From Eledone cirrhosa (Eukaryota), in the NCBI GenBank assembly GCA_964016885.1, contig OZ024740.1:322214001-322278000 (forward strand): a DNA stretch of 64,000 nt, read 5' to 3'. Position numbers and translations under genes: made by a program. Below the pieces are notes generated by a model that ran no database searches, was not told where the DNA came from, and was given only the letters and a program-made list of their open reading frames with translations. Of this stretch, positions 52,188-64,000 are shown in pieces (position 1 is the stretch's first letter; each line of letters starts with the position of its first letter).

Positions 52188-52750
52188 AATTAAAATTTAC
52201 CTTTGGCATAGCTGTATACATACATGCATGGGAATTTCGTATATCTAAAGATATATGATATGTTTAATAAATAAACATTTTGAAAGCCCACCTATGAATA
52301 TTGAAAGGCTGATGGCCAGTGCCATCTAGTGGATTCCAGCAGAACCATTGAGGGATAACTGTCTGTGCATTTTGAGCTACTGGCACTCATCAGGACAGTG
52401 CTTCCCTTAGCTCTTTACTGGATCTTGGAACAGGTGATAATATATAGTTTTTTCACCTGTGTAGGTGGGCTTGTTAGCCTCATATGCATATGAGGCTCTA
52501 CAAGTTGGCTCATCTTAAAAGAAGAATTAAAATTTAGCTTCAGCATAGCTGTATACATATTCCTTACTGCTTCTGCTGGAATCTGCTAGACGGTGCTGGC
52601 CAACAGCCTTTCTGTTCATAGCTGGGCTTTCAAAATGTTTATTACTAAACATACTATATGTCTTTAGTTATACTGAATTCATATACATGTATGTATACAG
52701 CTATGCCAAAGCTAAATTTTAATTCTACTTTTAAGTTGAGCCAACTTATA
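52188..52750. repeat. Complex inverted-repeat element, unclassified
   Basis: 52188-52350 mirrors 52561-52725; 52499-52558 mirrors 52692-52748. Confidence 0.75.
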
Positions 52751-53264
52751 CAACTTTTATGCACTTGCAAATAACAACCTCTTAACAGAGTGTACTGGGT
52801 GCATTTTATCATGGTCCAACACTACCACTTCACATATATATATTTACATTTATACACACACAGATATATATATAGGTGTATTGGTGCAAGAAAATTGCAC
52901 CCGTAGGCGGTATGCTGGGTGAGCACTCGATGCTCACGCAGAGCAGAGTATAATAGTATAATTGTTTCTACTTTAGGCACAAGGCCAGCAATTACCAGTG
53001 CATTACTCTACTTTATTTTATCGACCCCGTAAGGATGAAAGGCAATGTCAAAATGCTATATATATATATGGGATAACAAGTTATCGTTATAGATAATCCA
53101 CGTTGTGGATAATTTTAATGTACGGCTTTGTTTGAATCAACAAGATGCTACCATAGTTTTGCAGCGAGTTCGCGGTAATTTCTATGCAGGTTATACTTGG
53201 AGTAATAATAGTTAAAGAATTAAGAGTAACATGGTTTGCTGTACAATAAGGGGCTTTATTTAAG

Positions 53265-53375
53265 GTACTGACAATTGTTTCGTTGATCAGGTGAGTCTAG
53301 AGTTCGCTAATCGCTTGAAGTTGCGTCATTCGATCTCCAATACATTATTTACCTCTGGTCAACACATCAGAGTAC
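53265..53375 (-). ncRNA. Type I hammerhead motif with 82-nt stem II (left terminal repeat)
   Basis: GTACT-CTGATGT-GTTGA..TCAAC-GAAAC-AATT-GTC-AGTAC. Confidence 0.78.
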
Positions 53376-53962
53376 GTAGATATAAAAATAATTCACTTGA
53401 GGCAAGCCTTATATAGAAAAATAGCGTATAATCAAAACAATAACATCAATAATAAAACATATATGGTAAATAGGTAGAGAAGTTACAGATGTAAAAAGTA
53501 AAAAGTAAAAAGTAAAAGATAAGATAGGGTACATTAAAAAAGGAAGAAAATGAAAGAATGGAAATATAAAGAAATAAATAAGGATAAGTGATAGCATGTA
53601 ATTACATAGAATGTTTGTAGTAGTTTTGGGTAAGTGTTCTTATAAGGATTCCTTGGTGGGTTTAGTGCTAACATGAAAAACCAGATTCGAGATGTACATA
53701 GATACGCGTAGAGGGTCCAATGTAGTGACAGATAAAAGAAAACAATTAATTAGAGATTAATTGGTGGATACATGTATGGGATTTATGGGCTAGGGATGAC
53801 GGGACGTTTGACAAACGCTTGTTGTAAATGTTTTGCTGATTGTACTATCTTAATGGGGTTGATGCTGTTTCAGGGAGAGAGAATGAAAGAGATGTTCTGA
53901 GATTTATGATCCAGTGACCAGTTGACCGTTTGATAGCTAATAGCAGTGCGATGGTGTGTGTT

Positions 53963-54583
53963 CTATATGTTAAAATCTAGGTGGTTCAGTTCTAATTTTG
54001 GGATTGCTGGTTCAAATGATGGTGGTTTGAAGTTTATGAATCTAGTAGCTATTTTATGCCTACAGAAAATTGATCTTTCTATTTTGCTGATAAGCAGCAC
54101 CCCATCGTACCTTAAAATATGTAGTAGTTCTAAATTACAAAGTCCGCAGTGGAACATTCTGTTGTTGTAAGCTCTTGCTACCGATAATTTTGACCAGCTA
54201 ATCTTATAGTCTAAGTTTTTGTCTTTAAGCTGCCAGATTTTATTGGCGAGTATCGTAGAGTTCTCCAGTCTACGGTTCTTCATGGAGTGTCTGTGGACGT
54301 ACCACCTTTTCTTGAACTCCCCAGCCGTGGAACCTATGTAGTGCCAAGTAGAGTTGCCTGAATTTACAGTACACAGGTATACCATACTCGAATCCAGGCA
54401 TCTATTCTGTAGTGGGCACTTATCCAGTAGGTGGCAATTACAATTTGAGGTTTTTCTGTGTACAGGTTCATCGTTGCGGTTTTGTAAGTTGTTGTGGGTG
54501 GGTTGTGATTTAGGCCTATTAATGTGTTTTGTTGTTGTGATGTTGTTATGTGTTTGCGTTTTGTATTTGGTGCTATGGTGCAT
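53963..54583 (-). pseudogene. GIY-YIG endonuclease domain of the PLE
   Basis: CNC..CPL..CL..MVY..YIGST..FKKRW..H; C-terminal CGLC..E..CRH. Confidence 0.88.
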
Positions 54584-56390
54584 GTTGGTAGGTTAATTTC
54601 TTTAGAGATATTTTTGTAGTTGATTTTACGTATGTGTGATTCTATGTTGGCTGCAGTAGAGTAGGAAAGTTTTATAGTTTTTCTATTAAAGATTTTATGG
54701 TGTTTGTGTAGTGCAGGGAAGTGCTTATCTATTAGTTTAAAGTATGTAAAAGGTAGTTCAGTTTTTATAGAGGAGTTGAATATTAGATTGAACCATAGGT
54801 ACTTTCTATCTCTGGATCTTCTATAGTTTTTGGGGGTCCTTATATTAGTGTTCTGTTCAGTTATTTTTGGTTCTCGTTGTCTAATTCTTCTATGCTTAGT
54901 CCTATGCTTGTTATTTCTTTATGAGCAGGTAGTGTTGTTGTCGCTAGGTTTGTTGTTGTTGTCTCTATCAAGTATGTATTCTAGCTTCTCCTTATGTAAA
55001 GCTATGTTATAATAGTTTGCGTGTTTGTTAAAAAATTCTAGGTTCGAAGATAGACGACATATTCTGAGGGATATACTATGTGCTATGGAGTTAATTAATT
55101 ATGGATCAGAGGTGGTTTGAGTTATAACTAATGTAGGCTAGATTCTCGTTATTTTTATGGAAGGGCTCTATTAATCCTGTGTTTAGGTTGAGTGTTACAT
55201 CTAAGAAATTTGCTTTTTTAGAGTTATGTTCGAAAGTGATACCTAGGCCTAGTTTTTTTAAGAATACTCTAATGTTTTTTCGTACTTTTTCCATATTTTG
55301 ATTATTTAAGTTTTTGGCTAGAAGGAATGTATCATCTCTGTAGATTCCTCCTGGAGGTTATTGAATTCCTTATGTAAGTTGTGCGTTATATATATTTGCA
55401 CCAAGTCCGTTACCTGCACTGAGTCGTTAGATCCCATTGTGATATCGAAGCTATTCTGTCTGTTTTTTCGTTCACAGTAACTAATTTCGAATCTAATGAT
55501 AGTCCTTCTAGCAGCTAGTATTATTTTAATTTCGTCCGAGGTAAGGTCTGAATTCCTCTGGGCAAAGGTTAGCGTTTTACCCAGGGTGACTGGGGATATG
55601 GATGAGTAGTAGTCATTAATGTCGAACTGTACGAAGTTAGATGTTTCTTTACTGTTTATTTTGCTGAACCAGTCTATTACTTCGCTAGTGTTGCCCCATA
55701 GTTTAATTTCTAGTTTGTCCTTAATTTGTGCGATTACTCTATCTAGTATATACTTGCTAATGTTACCGATATCCGACTTAGATGGGCATATTAATCTAAT
55801 TGTGGGGTCTATTTCGAAATTATTTTTGTGATCCTTTAGGTTAAATGTGGGGTTACAAGGGGTTAGAGGCTCGGTTCTATCAGATATTTTCAGTTTTTTT
55901 ACTATGCTAAGTCCTTCCTTATTAGTGCTAGTGAGTGCAGATTATGTTGTTTTTTTTGTATTTTATGTGCAATTCCCGGCAATTAATCTCTAATGTATCC
56001 ACCAATTAATCTCTAATTTATTGTTTTCTTTTATCTGTCACTACATTGGACCCTCTACACGTATCTATGTACATCTCGAATCTGGTTTTTCATGTTAGCA
56101 CTAAACCCACCAAGGAATCCTTATAAGAACACTTACCCAAAACTACTACAAACATTCTATGTAATTACATGCTATCACTTATCCTTATTTATTTCTTTAT
56201 ATTTCCATTCTTTCATTTTCTTCCTTTTTTAATGTACCCTATCTTATCTTTTACTTTTTACTTTTTACTTTTTACATCTGTAACTTCTCTACCTATTTAC
56301 CATATATGTTTTATTATTGATGTTATTGTTTTGATTATACGCTATTTTTCTATATAAGTCTTGCCTCGAGTGAATTATTTTTATATCTAC

Positions 56391-56501
56391 GTACTCTGAT
56401 GTGTTGACCAGAGGTAAATAATGTATTGGAGATCGAGTGACGCAACTTCAAGCGATTAGCGAACTCTAGACTCACCTGATCAACGAAACAATTGTCAGTA
56501 C
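56391..56501 (+). ncRNA. Type I hammerhead motif with 82-nt stem II (inverted terminal repeat)
   Basis: Mirror of 53265-53375; GUC at 56494-56496; A9 replaced by U; AATAAA follows. Confidence 0.78.
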
Positions 56502-56599
56502 TTTAAATAAAGCCCCTTATTGTACAGCCAAACATGTTACTCTTCATTCTTTAACTATATATATATATATAGTTATACTTGGGGAGGGTCATATTGTTG

Positions 56600-56670
<71 letters not shown>

Positions 56671-56675
<5 letters not shown>

Positions 56676-58025
56676 ATACTTTGGGAGGGTCATGTTGCCA
56701 ATAAGAAACACACGCACCAGTTGCTTTCACTTCAATTTATTATAATAAATTTATAAATTTAGGAATTTATAAATTTCTGGTTGGTTGGTTGGTTCCACAA
56801 CCAGATAGTTGTTTATATATTGTCAAAGTTCTTTCGTCACACATTCTGTGACCTCTTCAGTGACTGGGGATTCTTTTCTTTGTTTTTGTGCCTCTCCTTT
56901 GTTCTGTCCTACGCCATTTTGTTTCTGTGTGTGTGTTGTATGCTCAGTCTGCGCATGCGCCACATCGGGGTGTCTGTGTGTGTTTATATTTGTTTATTTA
57001 TTTGTTTATTTACATGTTACCGGTTGGTTGTTTGTTCTATGTGTGTGTGTGTTTTCATTTTGTCCTTAATTGTAAGTTGTGATGTTGCTGTTCCACTCAT
57101 GTTTTCTATTTAATTTTGGTTGTAATTCTTTTATGTTTATTGCCTCTGTGATTTGTCTAAACATTGCGTCTTTTCTGTGTGTAGATTGTATTTTAATTTC
57201 TATGTTCTCTAATTTACTCTTATGTTCTATTTTAGCATGTTGGTAGAGTACAGATTATTCTTTACTATCTTGAAGGTCTCGCCAGTGTTCATTTATCCGT
57301 TCCCCTACACTACGAGCTGTCTCACCTATGTACACTATATTTTTGTCTCTACATTGTCCTTCAGTACATCTTATGCTATACACTACATTTCTAGTTTTAC
57401 AGTTAATATGGGGGCTTATTTTACAGGTTATACATTTCTTATCTATACAGGGGGGTCTTTGGAAAGGGTATATCTTGCTAATAAGTGTTTTTACGGAGGT
57501 ACCTGGTCTTTCTACTATCTTAATATTGAGTTTATGTTTATCTAGGGCCCTTCTAAATTTGTAAGCTAATTCACCTCTAGGGGTTGTATCGATGAACATT
57601 ACACTCTGGTATTTATTGCTATCATACCATGAGTTTATTCTATTAGCCTTATTCCTAGTTCTTTCTATTCTATTCCAAAATTTGCTCCTATACAAGGGGC
57701 AGGTCCCATTTGTGTCATTATTTACCATTTTTTCCCATTTGGTTCTGGCTCCTCTATACACTCTGATTCTATCTCTCTGATTGTAACCAGAGAACTGCAT
57801 ACGGTGGATGAAGTGTTGTATGTGTCTCTCTAGTTCTTCGGGGTTGCACATGCGGGACACGTTTCTCATCACCCGTACCAAATCCGCAATCAGTATGTTG
57901 ATTTTGGTATGGTCCGAAACAGCCGAGTTTCGGTGGATCAGATGTTTGGAAGTCATGGGTTTGGCATAATGGGAATGGAGGATTTGTTTTTTAAGAAAGC
58001 ATGGCATCCGCCCCTCTACAGTTAC
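56671..58025 (-). mobile_element. Second Penelope-like element, 3' portion (RT thumb, GIY-YIG, terminal repeat)
   Basis: ORF 57255-58031: HYAKP..SA..K..R..RN..SGY, CxxC linker, NVVYSIRC..YIGETARS..ER..EH; ends at (TA)n. Confidence 0.9.
56822..56864 (-). ncRNA. Minimal type I hammerhead ribozyme, intact core
   Basis: GTCA-CTGAAGA-G-GTCACA-GAATG-TGTGAC-GAAAG-AA-CTT-TGAC. Confidence 0.8.
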
Positions 58026-58599
58026 TGCCAATTCACCAATGATGATGATAATGATGATGATGATGATGTGTGTGAAGGCACATGGTATTGTAATGAGGAT
58101 GTTTGTGACACAATCATAAAGTCATGAATTTGGTTCCCACACCAGACAAGACACTTTACTTCATGTTGCTTCAGTCCACTCTGCTGGAAAAAAGGGGTTG
58201 CCATGACACTGGTGCCTTTCACTTGGACATAAATGGTATATAAAATGTATATATATAGTATATAGTATATACAATGGTTTCTGATTTAGGAAAAATACCA
58301 ATTATTTTTTGTTGGGAGGGTTACTTTATTTTATCAACCCCCGTAAGAATGAAAGGCAAAGTTAACCTCGACGTAACTATATGCCACAAAGCATAATGTC
58401 CGACGCTCTACCGATACTGCCAATCCACCAAATGTATATATAAGTTGTGAAGATATTAGTGTCAAGCTGTATCAGCTTTTGCCTTTCCCTTGGACAATAC
58501 TGGTGGTGTGGAGAGAAGAGGCTGGCATGCATGGATAACTCCTGGTCTTCTACAAAACACAGTACCCAGAATTTCAGAGGAATTTTCCAGATCCATCAG

Positions 58600-59322
58600 A
58601 TCCACCACCACCACCACTACCATCATAACCACCACTGCCATCATTATCATCATCATCATCACCACTACTACCATCATTACACTACCATTACAACCATTAC
58701 TAATACTGTCAACAACACCACTACCATTACCAGTACTATTACCACCTCTCACACCACCATTGCCACCACTACCATCACAATTACCACCACCACCAACATC
58801 ACCACCACCACCACAACCACCACCATCACAACCACCATTACTACCACCACCACCACCACAAACAACAACAACATCACCACCACCACCATCACATTTGCAA
58901 CCACCACCAACATCACCCTACCACCACAACCACACTACCCATCACTACCCTTACAACCACAACTACCACACCACCACTACCACTGTGCCCTTTTCACAAC
59001 GACCACCACTACCATCACAACCACCACCATCACCACCATCACAACCACCATTACAACCACCACCATCACCACCATCAGAACCACCACCACCACCACTACC
59101 AACATCACCACCACCACCACTACCATCACAACCACCATCACAACCACAACCACCACTATCATTATCGCCACCACCATCACAACCACCACCACCACCATCA
59201 CCAACATTATCACCCCTCACACCACAACCAACACCAACACCACCACCACAACAACATCACTACCAACACCACCACCACCAACACCACCACCACCACCAAC
59301 ACCATCACCATCATCACCACCA
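58600..59322. repeat. (CAC/CAA/CAT)n low-complexity tract
   Basis: Degenerate trinucleotide repeat. Confidence 0.93.
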
Positions 59323-59530
59323 TATAATTATGCAGCTCTCAATATGCAGATGGCCCTGCTATACATTAGTATGCATACATAACTAATTATAATACCATGG
59401 TAGATTTATCAGAGAGAGAGGGGTGCTGAATGTATGCAGCTCTGTGATTGGTTAAACCGTTTAGTTGCTAGCTGTATTAATACTAATACTATCTCTGGCT
59501 GGGTTTACCTTTCTTTATTTCATTTTGCAG

Positions 59531-59574
59531 ATTTTAATCCTTCAGCAGGAAAAATCCTTTTATATTAAGGCCAG
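59531..59574 (+). CDS. Candidate small exon (ILILQQEKSFYIKA)
   Basis: Strong acceptor tttctttatttcattttgcag and donor CAG/gtatgg, but the donor overlaps the head of a SINE. Confidence 0.25.
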
Positions 59575-59905
59575 GTATGGCTGTGTGGTTAAAGAATTAA
59601 TTTGGCAACCATGTGGCTTCTGGTTCAGTCCTACTGTGTGCCCCCCCCCCCCCCCCCCCCCCACACACACACACTTCATCCTATGTTTTTTACTATTGGC
59701 TTGGGTTGACTTGACTTGTGTGTGAAATTTGGTAGATGGAAACTATGTGGAAGCTTGTCATGACATATGTGTGTGTGTTTGTGTGTGTGTATAAATGTAC
59801 ATATGTACATATATGTACATATATATGTATATATACATATGTACATGTACATATATATGTATATATACATATGTACATATGTACATATATGTACATATAT
59901 ATGTC

Positions 59906-59940
<35 letters not shown>

Positions 59941-60064
59941 AGAAACATATATATATATACATAAGCTAGCATGGAAAATGGATGTTAAACGATGATGATG
60001 ATGATGATGATACATATACATATATATATATATACACAAAAAATATATATATATATATATATAT

Positions 60065-60270
60065 ATACAAAAAAACACACAGTCCACGCTGTAATGTGGC
60101 CGTGTAAGTAACACGGTAAAAACCTCCCAGTCCACACTGTAAACGTGGTTGGTGTTAGGAAGGGCATCCAGCCGTAAAAAACCCGCCTACACGAGCAAGA
60201 CAACCAATCTTGCCTCAAGTGAGAAAATTCCCGTCCAAACCCATGCTAGCGTGGAAGATGGACGTTAAAC

Positions 60271-60300
<30 letters not shown>
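60065..60300 (+). mobile_element. RTE 3' UTR fragment
   Basis: Matches 11480-11706. Confidence 0.88.
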
Positions 60301-60303
<3 letters not shown>

Positions 60304-60444
60304 ATATATACTCACATAAGAGTCTGGAACTAGCTGTCGAAACAGCAACAGCTCAGACATCGGCCCCGACTCTTTATAATATATGTGTGTATATATATAT
60401 ATGTGTGTATATATATATATATGATGATGATGATGATGATGATA

Positions 60445-60642
60445 TAACGAAGGAAATGTGGTAAGGAACCAGATGGACCATAACGCACCAAAGTACTCAA
60501 TACTTAGGGTAGTAGAGTGGGTAATAGGAACGAGTAGGACCCCGACGGCTGAGCTCAAGCCGTTTCGACGGCTAATTCTGGACTCCAGAATTAGCCGTCG
60601 AAACGGCTTCAGCTCAGCCGTCGGGGTCCTACTCGTTCCTAT
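60445..60642. mobile_element. Tail of the 15674-16193 family with near-perfect hairpin 60524-60642
   Basis: Same terminus TAAC.AAGGAA.TGTGGTAAGGAACCAGATGG; ~59-bp arms with a 1-nt centre. Confidence 0.92.
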
Positions 60643-61132
60643 ATATATATATATATATAATTAAGAGACGGAACTTGTCAAATAGAACAGACATAGCTTC
60701 GGTCATTTTGTTACTCACTCAATGACCAATTAAGTTTGTACTAATACAATTCAAACCCAACATATATATATATAATATATATATACAGATATATATATGT
60801 ATATATACATATATATATATAAATATATATAAGAGTGGGTATGACACTTGTTCATTATCAAATGTAGAAAGCTCAATGTATTAATCGCTTATGGAAGAAT
60901 ACAGAGCATAATAATTTGGTTTGTCACTTGTTTTAAATTATATATATATGTGTGTGTGTGTCTGCGTGTATACATATATATATATGTGTGTGTGTCTATA
61001 CACTCATATACGTGTGTGTGTGTACACAAGCATTGAAAATTGACAAAACTGTTATATGATGATATATATGTATAAATATATGTATGTATGTGTGTGTGTA
61101 TGAGTGTCTGTGTGCGTGTATGTGTATGTACC

Positions 61133-61165
<33 letters not shown>

Positions 61166-61681
61166 ACACTTGTGCATACAAGCATGAAAAATAGCAGTCG
61201 AATAAAACAGGTGCCAGACTCGAAGAAAAGAAAATATAGTGGTGTCAATATGATTGACAAAATCCCTTCAAGGTAGTGCTCCAGCATGACCACAGTCAAA
61301 TGACTGAAATCACTAAGACAATAATAGAATATTAATTCAGTTTATTAATAAGCGAGAATGCGTTTGATATTAATTTAACGCGTTAAACATTTAATTCATG
61401 TTTTCACATTTCCATGAATTTCAACCAATTTATTAGTCTAATGTTATAAAATGAGGTGTGGTTAGAGCAGAATATATTTCATTGTTTCTTTCTCTCTATT
61501 TCTCTGTCAACATGCATCTCTCTCCTTCTTTTACTTCTCGTTCTTTCTTTCATTTTCTCTCCCACTCTCTTTCCCCAATTTTCTATCTCTTTCTGTGTCA
61601 TCTTCACCATTCATCTATCTATCTATTTATCTATTTGTCAATCTATCTGTGTATCTGTCTGTCTATCTATCTATCATCATA

Positions 61682-61910
61682 GAAGAGAGCAAAAGGAAGA
61701 AAGGAGCACTTGCACAACACGCTCCTGGAGTTGTGGGTTGTTCTATCGACGGGGTATTAAACAACCCATTTGTGGCGCCTCCCCACTATTGAGGATTTCG
61801 ATTGTTGTAATTGTTTGTTTTTATATTTTTTTACATGACTGTATGTAAAATCCCCGGCATGTCTTTGTATTGTCCCCTTTTCTTGTGCGCCCTTGTGGCT
61901 AATAAAGAAA
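61682..61910 (+). mobile_element. Tx1-family 3' fragment in (TATC)n
   Basis: Highly similar to 46850-47078; flanked by CTAT repeats. Confidence 0.9.
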
Positions 61911-62679
61911 TATATCTATCTATATTCATCATAATTTAACATCCGTTTTCGTTGCTAACAAAGGTTAGATGGGTTCTACAAAACAGTGTCAGTACTCAAA
62001 TGAAGCTACAAACCTTTAAAATGGACCTGGGGCCAACATCTCACTTACATATGTTCCTGCATTCTACCAAGTAATCAGTTGGGTTAGGAGACCACATCTT
62101 GCTTTCATACATTCTCGCTCTCTTCTAAGTGCATTTTTATGGCACCAGCACTCGGGAGATTGTCATATCATGTCTATGACATAGTTGAAGAGTCCACCAC
62201 TCTTTATTTGGCATGTTTTCTACAGTGTGATGCCCTTCCTATTACCAACCATTTTACTGGTTGTGTTTATCATGTAGATCCTCAACACTAAGGAGGTTTT
62301 CATGTCTTTGACACAACTGTAGAATCCTCTTGACCTTTTGTTTGGCATGGTTTCGGTGGTTGGATGCCCTTCCTGTCACCAATCACTTTTCACTTTATAA
62401 AGTGTACTGACTTGACTTAGTTTTATTGTGGCACTAGCATTAATGCGGTTGTTAGTTGTAAAGTCAACTAAAGGTCCCTCTTAACTCAGGAATCAGGGAG
62501 AAATATGACGGGGGAGGTAAGAAGGATGATGGGTAAATGACATAAGATAGAGGGTACCAGGTTTATGTTGGGTTTCAAGTAGAGATGTGGAGGAGAGATA
62601 GTGTGAACTAAGTATATCATGGGTGTAAGACCAGTGTGGTAAGGTATGACAGATTGATGAGAGTCTCCTTTCTTGAACA

Positions 62680-63325
62680 CTGCATCATACCCCTCAAATA
62701 CAGAGTTTTTCTCTCAGCTTACTTATGTTATGCTGTTCATGCACACTAACATTACAAATCAATCAGAACATGCTCGCTTCATGTCTTTCTAGCTATCACA
62801 GGTCTTCTACAGTCACTGTCATGTAGCATACACAGTCATCATACAGTCTACCCTTCACTCTGAAGGAGAAGCTCTTTGTTGTCAGCAGAGGTACCAGCTC
62901 CCTAAACTTCTTCTAGCCCACACTTTCTCAGCATCCTTTCCCACTGTTGATGAGATCACCTTGGTAACAAAATCTGTCAAAAGTTTCTAGGGAGCCTCCC
63001 AGTTAATTGAGGCAATTTATTTCATGTGTACTCTTAGTACTTACTTCTCCTGTGTATCTGCTGCATATAAAGTCTATCTTCTCTATTAACCTGCCTATAA
63101 TATCACTACATCTTTTGTGCATTCAAAGATTACATCTTATGGAATTTTTGACAACTCCTTTTCAATATATCAAGCAAGGCTACTTCTCTATCAGTATAAG
63201 GTTGCTGTCTTCTTTCCTACTAATCCATACTTTAGTCCTCACTAAGTTTACTTTTAGGCCTTTCGATTCTAAGATTTTCTTCCATGTCTAGAATGTTGCC
63301 TCTAACTTTTCCATGGATTCAGCTA
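62680..63325 (-). mobile_element. Old RTE LINE RT fragment
   Basis: AESMEKLE..LESKGLKVN..IQKMCS-like and YQGDLI remnants. Confidence 0.75.
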
Positions 63326-63480
63326 TATATATAACCAAATGTTAAACAACGTTCATTGATTATTCAATGAATACAGTTTTACAATAGATTAAAAGCACTC
63401 AACAGTGACATTTTCTGGTGTTATTAATATTATTCAAAATATTAATAAATGGATACATTCACATAATCAAAATATATGTT

Positions 63481-63538
63481 TTATTATATATATTTCAGAG
63501 GTACTGTGCTGTTTTTTCAGTATGTCCTCATCAGATAA
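63481..63538 (-). ncRNA. Type I hammerhead ribozyme, intact core (family of 23253-23594)
   Basis: TTAT-CTGATGA-GGA-CATACTG..CAGTAC-C-TCT-GAAAT-ATAT-ATA-ATAA; flanks 63335-63600 are homologous to 23345-23594. Confidence 0.75.
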
Positions 63539-64000
63539 TATACATAAATTGATGCATGACATACCTCAGCTGTGCTGATGGTTCAATTCCAGTCTTGGCA
63601 GTGATTTATTACAACAAAACTCAATATTTATATACCACAAGTAAAAGTGTGACAAACTAAATATGGTGGATAGGGATAAGTAGCGAGATATAAGTAATAG
63701 GAATGGGTGAGTAGGAGAAAGTAAAGAATAAATAAATAAATAAATAAATAATTAATTAAACACATAAGTATAAAAGTTTTAAATATTTAAATATGTAAAC
63801 ATCTGTGTTACAGAAAAAGACAAGAGAGAGAGAGTGCTAAATAGAAGATAAAAGAGAAAAAGATATAAAGATAAAAGTAACGGTGTGGGAGATAGAGATG
63901 ATAGAATATATAACTGGATAAGGAAAAGAGATAAAAAGATAAAAAAGAAAGAAAGAAAGAAAGAAAGAAGAAAGGGACATGATGCGTGACCGTTTTTTTT

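Larger units (their letters stand above)
53068..56555 (-). mobile_element. Penelope-like retroelement (Naiad-like), 5'-truncated, with inverted ~570-bp terminal repeat
   Basis: Minus-strand RT: LKDHKNNF..RLICPSKSDIGNISK, FVQFDINDYYSSI, FDITMGSND, GIYRDD (frameshifted). GIY-YIG ORF at 53963-54583. 53209-53780 mirrors 55980-56555. Confidence 0.93.

Noticed and set aside
55106-55108. In-frame TGA in the Naiad-like RT as possible selenocysteine
   Set aside because: Not at an evident Cys position, followed closely by TAA, and the copy is frameshifted elsewhere; ordinary decay is more likely.
58447-59386. Thr-rich and Pro-rich ORFs of ~300 aa
   Set aside because: Degenerate trinucleotide tract open in several frames; no independent coding evidence.

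Overview
AT-rich, microsatellite-dense eukaryotic DNA. The SINE and RTE-LINE families look like those of octopod cephalopods (inference, not a database result). The only clear host gene is one intact tRNA-Phe(GAA) at 2154-2226, plus a few weak candidate protein-coding exons. Most of the window is retroelement debris: many RTE-clade LINE pieces (one near-complete ORF with a PHD finger inside the RT), a near-full-length CR1-group LINE, a Tx1/L1-clade LINE sitting in (GATA)n, a CRE-like fragment, two Penelope-like elements (PLEs), tRNA-derived SINEs and two kinds of DNA-transposon MITE. The hidden signal is about 16 type I hammerhead-ribozyme (HHR) motifs from many unrelated short families, roughly one per 4 kb. 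Many have a greatly extended stem II and lie in fold-back inverted repeats. A shared RTHGAGTRCT-like motif sits 40-60 nt before a terminal microsatellite in several of these families. One family forms a 431-nt HHR-to-HHR tandem unit resembling a retrozyme. All structures were folded and aligned by eye, and element boundaries are approximate.
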